DNA of 64,000 bases from Eledone cirrhosa (taxonomy: Eukaryota): NCBI GenBank assembly GCA_964016885.1, contig OZ024745.1, forward strand, positions 131,378,001 through 131,442,000, read 5' to 3'. Position numbers and translations under genes: made by a program. The notes beneath the pieces were generated by a model. That model saw only the letters and a list, made by a program, of their open reading frames with translations, was not told the DNA's origin and searched no databases. Below are positions 36,880 through 47,494 of the stretch, in pieces; position 1 is the stretch's first letter, and every line of letters starts with the position of its first letter.

Positions 36880-37350
36880 GCAGAATAGTGTCAATGATTT
36901 TACAAAGATTAGGGTACTCAGAGCTTATGTGTGGTTGATATTCCAATATGGTTGCAAGGTATGGCCCATAACTAGGGATATTATGAGAAAGATAGAAGTT
37001 TTTGAAATGTACGGCTAACATTGAATATTGAAAGTTCCTTGGACTGAGAAAGGGAGTAACTCAAATATTGAACAAGATGGGACTGGATGTCCTGATACAA
37101 ATACAAGACATTAGGAGATGACAATTGCAATATCTTAAACACATACTATACAGTTCTGCTGGAATGGATTTGAAGTGATTTGGCACTGCTGCAGTAAAAG
37201 TAGACTGGACCAGGACAAACAAATTGATTGGTTTGACTGTATGACAAAGGTCAGCAACAAATTTACTGAACTGGAATATACAATTAAGGATAGACAAGGA
37301 TGGAGAGGAATTATTCATATATTTGTCAACCATCAGATATGATGAGGCCT
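36880..37350 (+). mobile_element. Decayed RTE LINE 3' region
   Basis: TKIRVLRAYVWLIFQYGCKVWPIT...KIEVFEM...ILKVPWTEK. Confidence 0.75.
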
Positions 37351-37909
37351 GCTACTGGTGATTCTGATGTTGAAATATATACTCAAAGAAGATCCAATGA
37401 ATTTATACACTGGAGTGTATACCCTATCAAATATAGTGAAACAATATTACTCAAGCAAAAGTTACCTTGACTTTCATCATATCACATACTATCAAATATT
37501 GTAATCCAATGATTAATTATTGTTGTATGGAGAAAAGGTTTAAACAACTTGTCTTTGCCTTGAGGGTATATTTCAGCTGAATAAACATAACATTTGAAAC
37601 AGCAAACAAGATATTACAGTAAACCTAGCAATTAACAATATCTCAAATTAAATGGAAAAAAAAAAAAAAATTGAAATAACATTTATGAAAATTCCCCCAA
37701 GCAGAAACGTGATAAAGTTGAATAAACAGTATTTGATGTTTTATTTTTGCATTATTTTGATTTTCTGCTTTGAGTTATATTTTTTAAAACATTGTTATAC
37801 ATAAAAAAATATGTACAAAAGTTAATGTGTGGTAAATATAAGTGTGTGTCTATGAGTATACAGCTTCATATCTATAGAAGCTATCAGTTATTGAATGTGT
37901 GTGTATAAA

Positions 37910-38095
37910 AGGGTAAAAACCCCCTTTGGTCATGAATGACCATGGGATTTGCACCTAGAAAGTTCTTCTCTGAGGCACAAATCTGGGCAAGGTTGTTTAT
38001 GGAAGACCAGCAATCACAGATTCATACAAGTCTCCCCTCTCCATACCACCAATGTTGTCCAAGGGAAAGGCTGATACATCTTGGCACCAGTGATA
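37910..38095 (-). mobile_element. SINE family D, tail portion
   Basis: Colinear with 22545-22670 and 33640-33720. Confidence 0.75.
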
Positions 38096-38124
38096 TGACA
38101 ACATATATATAGTAATAATAAATG

Positions 38125-38440
38125 TGAAGACTAAAATCCGAGGAGAGCCAAGTCGTGGACGCTACAGAGAGTGGTCAGGGAGTGTCGGTGCCGTCTGGCT
38201 GGCCATATTCTGCGTCTGCCAAATAAACGGCATTTGAAAACAGCGATGAACTGGACTCCGCCTGGCGGTAAACGGAGGCAGGGTTGCCCAAGGATCACCT
38301 GGCTACGAATGTTCCGGAAGGACCTGATGGCAGCCAACATCACCTGGCACAGTCTTGAGAAAGTTGCTGCTGATCGTGACCGTTGGCGAGGACTTACTGC
38401 TCGATGCACCAAATGGCGCAGAAGAATCTAAGACTAAGAT
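38125..38440 (+). mobile_element. RTE/RTE-X-like LINE 3' end
   Basis: RLAGHILRLPNKRHLKTAMNWTPPGGKRRQGCPRITW...AADRDRWRGL; ends ctaagactaag then (TA)n. Confidence 0.85.
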
Positions 38441-38646
38441 ATATATAAATAAACTCGTAGAGCAAATATTTATTATAAGAACAGTTTAAGCAAAGAATCG
38501 CCGCTTTCGCCCTTAACGGGATCTTCTGAAACTAAAAAAAAAAAAAAAAAAAAAAAAATCAAAATTTTTAATCTGTTCTTATAATATATATATACACACA
38601 CATATACATGTGCATGGCTTCATGGTGGTGTATATATATATATATA

Positions 38647-38912
38647 TGTAGGAGGTGAGTTTTATTGTAGCACAATAAAGCAATGCAAATATCAGATAAG
38701 TAGCACTCTACAGTTTGTAGGACTGGAGTATATATAATATAAGATCAAAAGATGGTTAAAAGAGTTCCAAGTATTTTATTATGCGCATTTCAAAAACAAA
38801 TATCATCATGGGATGATAACGCAGATATCATCCCATGATATTTGTTTTTGAAATGCGCATAATAAAATACTTGGAACTCTTTTAACCATCTTTTGATCTT
38901 ATATTATATATA
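38647..38912. mobile_element. (TA)n-embedded element with ~87-bp hairpin (putative Penelope-like remnant), copy 2
   Basis: Arms 38729-38818 / 38826-38912, perfect except a 3-nt bulge; 7-nt loop. Confidence 0.65.
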
Positions 38913-40181
38913 TACACACACCATGAAGCCATGCACCTGTAGGTGTATAGAAATACATTTAAATATATATATCATCATCATCATCATCTTACAGTTTTCC
39001 ACACTGGTATGGAATTGTCAGGTCCTTTATAGATGATATGAGGACATAATTGTGTTGTCATAGAATAGAAGTCTCTCTATACAGCTTCTGTTCATTTGTT
39101 CACCAACACCGGAGGGTCGTACTGCCCCGGCTGGATAGAATACAGAGTGAGGTAAAGGAGTCAGAATACGAGGGTGATAGATGTTAGAGGGAGAGAGGGC
39201 GTGTGATAAAGAGGAAAGTAATGGGTGAAAGTTAGAGTGATGATATGTGTGGTAGGGAGGAGAGTAAGGGACGTGTGTGTGTGTGTCAGTGTGTGTGTGT
39301 GTGTGTGTCAGTGTGTGTGTGTGACTGCTACATAATGATTGTTGATAATGAGATTCAAGAGGACCAACATTTTGAGATTATCATAAACCATGGTCTCAAT
39401 GTCCATTCTGCACAGCACTTTTGGATAATTCTAAATGTAAGGTGTACCATTTTTTGATAAACACTGTGAAAAAGGGATTCATTTGACTAATTTCTTCATC
39501 AAAAGAAGACCCATCCTCTGTCCACAGAAAGTATTAGTTTATAAATCTTTATAGATTATACAGAAATAAAGTTCTGTATACTCAGTCTAATTTGTAAAAA
39601 TGTGTATTCCCTGTCAACATAGATTAATTAATAGTTCCTTACACAGGAGTTTTGGCAAATTTGAAAGACAAATTTAGCTCTGAGTTGGTATACATTATAA
39701 ATTTAAACTATAATAAAGTAAGAAGCGCGGGACTGCGTACGGTTTATAATTTTTTATCCCATTAGCTAAAATAAGTTGGATTACTTTGAATAAATAATGA
39801 ATGAATATTACATAATTTATAGATATTTAAAGATTCACTTCTTTAAAATTTTCAAATGTCAACACTTCCGGTGGCGATCGCTTAAATAAACATTAATTTT
39901 CTGTCACTAATTTTCTCCTAATGCAGTTTATATATAATATCGTCTTTTTTAAATGTATCATGGATTACATTACTGATTGCATAAGACAGTGTAACACAGA
40001 CTCTCTTCAATTTCTGTGTATATTGTCAATTACAATTTTATTTGATCATATCTACATGTATATATACTTGCGTATAATATCAATATACACACTACACATG
40101 CAAGCAGAAAACCACCCGAAGGGTTGTTTTCTGTTAGTAACTATAATTATTCTATAGACGGTGGACATTGTTTCTCTGAGT

Positions 40182-40324
40182 ACAAACCAGTCAGGTTGGC
40201 CCTATTTCTACACAGAAACCAGTCAGGTTGGCCCTATTTCTACACAGAAACCAGTCAGGTTGGCCCTATTTCTACACAGAAACCAGTCAGGTTGGCCCTA
40301 TTTCTACACAGAAACCAGTTAGGT
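40182..40324. repeat. 32-bp minisatellite, ~4.4 copies
   Basis: aaaccagtcaggttggccctatttctacacag at 40184, 40216, 40248, 40280. Confidence 0.95.
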
Positions 40325-40344
40325 TTATGCCGTATTGACATACA

Positions 40345-40705
40345 GCGTTTTGGGGCATTTTAAGCCTGGTGGAGCCAAACTCTCTCCAGGCCTGAGTACA
40401 GCAGATTTCTTCCACAGAAAGCTAGAAAGTGAGAGAAATGGGAAATGATAAAGAGATATAAAGGAAGAATCGACCCCAGTACTTGACTGGTACTTTTTTT
40501 ATCGACCTCGAAAGGATTTGAACTCAGAGTAGAAACCCGGAATGAATACCATAAAGTCTTCTATCTGACATTCTAATGATTGCCATTCTATCTGACGTTC
40601 TAATGACTGCCATTCTATCTGACGTTCTAATGACTGCCATTCTATCTGACGTTCTAACGACTGCCATTCTATCTGACGTTCTAACGACTGCCAATTTGCC
40701 GCCTA
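40345..40705 (-). mobile_element. SINE A long-tail subfamily with tandemly amplified head
   Basis: Colinear with 1000-1270; 27-bp unit x5 at 40559-40693. Confidence 0.85.
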
Positions 40706-42211
40706 GTTAGTAAGTAGCATGGTTAAACAAATATAAAGTATATAGCAAGAATATATATTAAATCAACTGAAAATTATAACAAATCAATTTTCTATTAGAT
40801 GTATAAATAATATTAAAGAGAATGAAATGAGTTGCGATTCAGTAGTAAATAAGAAATGTTTCTTATATAATTACACTGTCACAACTTATAGTAGATTACA
40901 TCCTTTAGCAGTAACTTGACTGTTGCTTAATTTATTGGCCTCCAGAGGAATAAAAGGTAAAGTTAACTCTAGGGGATTTCAACTAAAATATCAAAGCATC
41001 AGAACTAAATATCACCAGCCATTTTGTCTAGTGTACTGCTCAGAATAATAGAATATATCAAAACTGTAAAGTTGATATATTAAGTGGTATTATTAGTCAC
41101 CTAAGAGGGAAATCACTAAACAGGCCAGTGTTAGGTGGAAGGTCAAGAAGTCGTTTTATCATGGAAGTTGTTAGTTCATACTCGCAGGTCTCAAATAATG
41201 CCCCTCCACTGCCACTTAAATTTTCGTATGTGTGTGTGTGTGTGTGCGTGTGCGCGCACATGTGCGTGTTGGTTCTACAACACAAATTAGAAATTTAGTT
41301 ATGATTAAAATAGTGTAAAAAATAGTCAAATCGAAACATGATTTTAATTGCATGTACTACAATAAATGTATACCCTATAGTGTTTTTCAGCAAGCTCCCA
41401 CTGAGCCAACATTTCTACAAAGATTTGATTCTCTAGTGAGATTCCCTTCACTTACACCATATAAAAAAAAATTAACAATTTGCAAAAAGAAAGTAATCAA
41501 AGGAAAAAAAAAAAAGAAAAAAACGTGTGAGATGCCCTGCACATACAGTTATACACAGAAGGGACCAGTGTTTCCCTTGTAAAATTTTTTTTAGGTAAAC
41601 CAAGACTGTCCTGGCATTGCTGTGGGTGATTCTAAGGCATTGGAATAATTAAGTATCCTCATAAACATCATCTGATATGCTGCTAAGGTGAGCCACCAAC
41701 TATAACAAGAACCTCATTGTCAGCAGTCCAGCTCTACTCAAACATCTTAAACACCACAGCCTAAAATATAGCCTGCTAATAATCCTTGGTATTTCAGAGT
41801 TTTATTCTGGTCATCTAAACAGCCTCACTTTTGCCACAGCAGGCAAGATGTGAGAAGGGAAAAGAGTTGCTAACTCTGCTGTCCAAAATAAGATATTTAC
41901 CTCTAACCCACGTGCAGGGTAAGACCATCTGGCTTTTTACCATCTACCCATGACAATCCATGAAAACCCATGGAGTTAAGGGGCTTATCACATTGACATT
42001 AAATCCCCTAAAAACATCAACTCCAGTTCTGAGCATGATGGAGATGCAAAGCTCATCTAGACGGTGGAGGTCACCAATGTTAGCCACAAGCAAACCTTCA
42101 ATTCAGTCCCATAAGAATTTGGCACTTGCAGAAATCAATCAACATCTTAAGTAATGATCAAATTGATGAAAGAGAGAGTTGAAACTATATCTATTATTTC
42201 TAGCTTTGCAT

Positions 42212-42522
42212 TTGACAAACATTTAGTAATCCAGCTCGACAAACATATAGTAATCCAGCTTGACAAACATGTAGCAATCCGGCTTGACAAACATGTAGCA
42301 ATCCGGCTTGACAAACATGTATTAATCCGGCTTGACAAACATGTATTAATCCGGCTTGACAAACATGTATTAATCCGGCTTGACAAACATGTATTAATCC
42401 GGCTTGACAAACATGTATTAATCCGGCTTGACAAACATGTATTAATCCGGCTTGACAAACATGTATTAATCCGGCTTGACAAACATGTATTAATCCGGCT
42501 TACAAACATGTATTAATCCGGC
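42212..42522. repeat. 24-bp minisatellite (ttgacaaacatgtattaatccggc), ~13 copies
   Basis: Direct inspection; 8-aa period in the ORF track. Confidence 0.95.
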
Positions 42523-44174
42523 CAGTTAGTAAGATTTACACAACTTTTTCATTCATACAATACTAAATATTTTGTTGATATTTGATATTAAATACCAATA
42601 GTATTTCACACATCTGGTTTTATTTCTAAACCGATGGATATGAAATAGATTTCTTTAACCAATCTTCAATGTTTTACAACCTTTTCCATCTGCAGTTCCC
42701 CATCTCTGACATTAACTATCCTTCAGGAAATGTTCGTTGATCTATTACTGCCATCTCTAAGAGCATCATAGCAGCAGCTTCATGTTACTAAAAAGCAAAT
42801 CTCAGTTTCACTAAGAGTGCTGAAAAAAAAATGAAGTGCTAAGAACAGCTGCTACTATCTGGAATATTCAGGTAAACAACCATCAACACTTACCACCATC
42901 TGTTTACATGTGCTGCTGTTGTTAGAGCAGTTTTCTTAACACCGTACATCAAGAATGTTATAAATCTGACAAGGTCTGCCATATATATTATTGATTGCTT
43001 ATGTAGACACAACATAACACACACATATACATGTGCATGTCTCATAAATCTGTTTAATATAATGCATGTTTAAATGTCTTGCAGGAAACTGATATAAAAG
43101 ATATAAAGATTGTGTGTTGTTCATGACCTTCTGAAGATAATGACAGAGGTAAGGCATGAAAACCACATTGTGGTCATGGCTTGCAAAGGAGCTTATTTTG
43201 AAACAAATTCTCATACATTAGAGAAATCAAAAACCAGTTTGTAACAATTTTTGTTCATATTTCATAAAGAATGCCAAAACATATAAAATAAGATTTATTT
43301 ATTTAAATTGAAACGAGGGTAAATCAACATTTCTTTCTAACAAACCCAGTTATTGGAGTAATCAACACACTCCAAGTGTCCTACATATGACTTATGTTAT
43401 TAAAACACAGATGCCATCATCGGATTGAATTTATCAACTTAACTGAATTTGGAAGTATTCTCTAGAAAAATATCAGGAAGCTCCTTGACCTCTTTTTTCG
43501 GCACATTTAAGGAATTGAATCACTTTGTTCAGCTCTACTTATGTAAAGATAAGTATTAATGTAGAGGAATGAAAAACTATTTGGTTGATTATTGTGGTTT
43601 AGATTTATTTTAACCATGATGGTACAAAGATATAGTCAAATGCGTTTCAAATATGATCATCCTATCTTTTTATTCAGACATGATGTATGCACATAAGCAA
43701 ATAAAACTGTCAAATACCTAAATCTGGACATAAATATATACAGAACAAACACAAAGTAATTATTGAATGTCCCAATACATAAATAATATACTCTAAAAAC
43801 AAAACCAACAATAAACATACCCCCTGGCGTATCTATGATTACATTATCATACGTGTTACACTGTTTATAAGATGATGGGGTGTGAGTTGAGAGAAAGCTG
43901 CTTCCTGTAGCAGACCAAAATAAATGATGTACTAGCTTTAGTTATTTGACTGCAACCATGCTGGTGTATATTTATCAAGGGTTTTAGTCAGTCATATAAA
44001 CTCCAATGTATCTTTCAGTCTGGTTCTTATTTTATCAATCTATATCAAAATTACTACACACAGAATTTATTTGACATAAAGGGAAACATTTTGACACCAA
44101 TCTACATTGGTAAGCATAGACACAAAAACATCCATCCACACACACACACACACACTCTCATAAACACACACACG

Positions 44175-44632
44175 AGTTTTCCCAGTTTCCATTTACTAAA
44201 TTCCACTCACAGGACATTGAGCCTCTCAAAGCTACAGTAAAAGACACTTTCCCAAGGTACTATATAGCGAGATAAAATGAGAAACCAATAGTAAGAAACT
44301 CTCAGGAGAGCTGGACAGCAGAAGGTCTTTAGAGAAGAATCTCTCGGAAGAGCTGGAAAGCAGAAGGTCTTCATAGAAGAAACTGTCAGAACTGGACAGC
44401 AGAAGGTCTTCACAGAAGAAACTGTCAGGAGAACTGGACAGCAGAAGGTCTTTAGAGAAGAAACTCTCGGAAGAGCTGGAAAGCAGCAGGTCTTCAGAGA
44501 AGAAACTGGTAGGAGAACTGGACAGCAGAAGGTCTTCACAGAAGAAACCCCACTCAAGCAAGTATTTTAGCCTTCAACTTCTGAAGCTGAAACCATGTGA
44601 CTGCAAAGCAAACTTCTTAACTACATAGTTAT
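44175..44632 (-). mobile_element. SINE family C split by an insertion at 44288-44588
   Basis: cagtttccatttactaaattccactcaca...gacactttcccaaggtac on the left and gaaaccatgtgactgcaaagcaaacttcttaac on the right join into one minus-strand SINE C. Confidence 0.7.
44294..44548. repeat. ~42-bp minisatellite, ~6 copies
   Basis: gcag(a/c)aggtct at 44318, 44360, 44399, 44441, 44483, 44525. Confidence 0.9.
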
Positions 44633-45293
44633 ACTTCTGCAGAAATCTCCTTCATAGATCCCTCAATGTATGTCTTATATAGAAAACAATGTTGGGAACA
44701 ACAAATCTGATTTAATTTCAATTCCTGTCTTCTAAGATATAAATATATATATATATAAGTAGAAGGGGTATTTAATTTGTTGGAAGTCCAACAAATATAA
44801 ATGTTTATAACTGATTTAGAGCACTCAACAGTTTACTGGCGTAAATATTCAATGATATTAAATAAATGGAAACTATTATATATATATATATAGAGAGAGA
44901 ATCGTCTGCCACAAAGGTATAAAGAACTTTGAGTAATCAATTTTAGCCCACCTCTGTGAGATAAGATCTGACACGAGGGTCCGGTCAGACATTCCAGCCT
45001 GCTCTGTTCAAGATTTTGTCACCTGCACCAAATGCTGATTGATGTGTAAATCAGCAGCTGGATTGAAGTGACATTTGAGGCATAAACATAAAACAAAGAA
45101 CTGAAAAGACTGTTGAACTCTCTTACACCAAATCAACAGGAGAGTCCATCATATATATATATATATATATATGCAAAAGTTTTATTTAAAATTGTTGGGT
45201 TACAACAAGTAAATATTTTATAACTGATATAAAGCACTCAACAAGTTTTGGAGTATATATACGATATTAATATCGTATATATATATTAATATC

Positions 45294-45349
<56 letters not shown>

Positions 45350-45404
45350 AATAAAATCAATTGCATTGTGGTAGAGTCATGATAAATATTTTTACCAATA
45401 TATG

Positions 45405-45548
45405 ACTGGTACTTTATTTTATCAACCCCGTAAGGATGAAAGGCAAAGTTAACCTCGGCGGGATTTGAACTCAGATCATAAAGGGCCGTAACTCTATGCT
45501 GCAAAGCATAGCGTCCGACAGTCTACCGATACTGCCAATCCACCACCC
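45405..45548 (-). mobile_element. SINE family A lacking 3' tail
   Basis: Matches consensus head and central domain. Confidence 0.9.
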
Positions 45549-45795
45549 TCTTAGATTCTCATAATATTATCAAAGTCTTCCACTATATGTAATCCAGTTA
45601 CTGGAAGATACTCTTTTTCCCTATTATTTAACCCTTCATAAATATATTCTCCACTCATACGAATCTGTTGATTACCTACCTCAGCTTATAAATAGGGTTT
45701 GGATCTTTGCTGATTTCTCAGACATAAAATAGGGGTCAGCTTATATTCAAGTTTATACAGTAATTTAATGAATGCATTATTTCACTGGTACTTAA

Positions 45796-46025
45796 CCTTT
45801 CAATGACTGCATTTCTAATGAAATATGCTTTATTTTAATTAATTAATGAAGAATTTCAAGGGATTTACAAAAATATTAATTATTTCATTACTAAGATAGT
45901 AACTTAATGTAGGTTCTTATATAAAATTATGTTGGAAGATTTTGATTTTAATTAGAAATCTTTAAAATGGGTGGTTTTATTTCACAGAACCAGAGCTGGT
46001 TTTGGTTGGCTTGGTAACTAAAGGG
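45796..46025 (+). mobile_element. piggyBac-like MITE family B
   Basis: TTAA flanks; colinear with 10031-10251. Confidence 0.85.
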
Positions 46026-46057
46026 TTAACAGAAAACTAAGGTGAATACAGCAGTGT

Positions 46058-46222
46058 ATCATCATCATCAACGTTTAACGTCCATCTTCCATGCTAGCAT
46101 GGGTTTAGATGGGAATTGTCCTACTTGAGGCAAGATTGGTCGGGTGACCATGTCTCGCTCGTATAGGGCTGTCTGGCAGGTTTTCTACGGTTGGATGCCC
46201 TTCCTAACACCAACCACGTTTA
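46058..46222 (-). mobile_element. 5'-truncated RTE 3'UTR (Nin-like domain + tail)
   Basis: Matches 61425-61580. Confidence 0.85.
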
Positions 46223-46444
46223 TGTTTGTTTTAAATGGATCTTCCATGATGTAATTATTTCCATTTCAAGAAAATATCTCAGACTAAATCATTTGCCAAA
46301 TAAGTACAACCCTGAACTACAAATATATTTGGAGCAGTTAATAAAACAATTCTTCTGAAGATAAAGTCTTCACTTCATGAAATAAAGAATATTTACACAG
46401 GTACAGATCCATATATCCCTAGTCAATGTATGATATAGTCTTAC

Positions 46445-46445
46445 T

Positions 46446-46537
<92 letters not shown>

Positions 46538-47088
46538 AAGAGAGAGAGAGAAAGAGAGAGAGAGAAAGAGAGAGAGAGAAAGAGAGCGAGAGGTGGGAGT
46601 GGTGGGAGTGAGACAGAGAGCGAGAGGTGGGAGTGAGACAGAGCGAGAGGTGGGAGTGAGACAGAGAGCGAGAGGTGGGAGTGAGACAGAGAGAGAGAGG
46701 TGGGAGTGAGACAGAGAGATGTGGGAGTGAGACAGAGAGAGAGAGATGTGGGAGTGAGACAGAGAAATATAAAAAAGGGGTGGGAGAGAGAAAAGGGGGG
46801 ATGGGGTGAGGGGATAAAGAGAGAGGCAGGAGTGAGGGAGGTAGAGGGGGAGATGGAGAGAGGCAGGAGTGAGGGAGGTAGAGGGGGAGATGGAGAGAGG
46901 CAGGAGTGAGAGGGAGAGAGAGAAGGGGGTGAGAGAGGGTGAGAGAGAGGTGGAGGTGGAAGGGGATTGAGAGGGGGTGGAGGTGGAAGGGGATTGAGAG
47001 GGGGGGGGGTGAGAGGGGTGATGGGGGGAGGGTGAGAGGCGAGAGTGAGGAGAGAGAGATAGAGAGAGGTAGTGATGTGGAAAGAGAG
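46445..47088. repeat. Polypurine tract: (GA)n, GAGGTGGGAGTGAGACAGA-type minisatellite and G-rich repeats
   Basis: Direct inspection. Confidence 0.9.
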
Positions 47089-47494
47089 GCTGTTATACAA
47101 GGAAAATATGTAACTTGAATATATCAAAGTTGATGATGGTATCCAGGTAAATCAAAATATGATTCTCTGGTTCCTGACAGCATCACTAAATATATTTCCA
47201 TCAACCATCTGTCAACACTGCTAACATTCTATTAACTTTAAACTCCTGCAGTTTCAAATGTAAAGTTTAATCATTTTTATCTCCAGAACATTCAATAGCC
47301 TTGAAGGAAATTGAAGCATGTTTTACTGATAAACTTGTGTCAAGATAATATATAGGAAATATTTCTTCCTACCATAATCTACAGATGTACAGAAACCTCA
47401 CTTTTCTAAATGTTATCATATACTAATGCAATAAACATGTTTAGATTACATGAAAGGTGATTGAGTTTAATAGTGGAGAAAATATTGGTTCTTT

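Noticed and set aside
42147-42516. Repetitive ORFs (RLDKHVLI)n / (SSRINTCL)n
   Set aside because: 24-bp minisatellite translation.
46441-47127. 228-aa Pro/Ser/Leu-rich ORF
   Set aside because: Low-complexity polypyrimidine strand lacks stops by composition.
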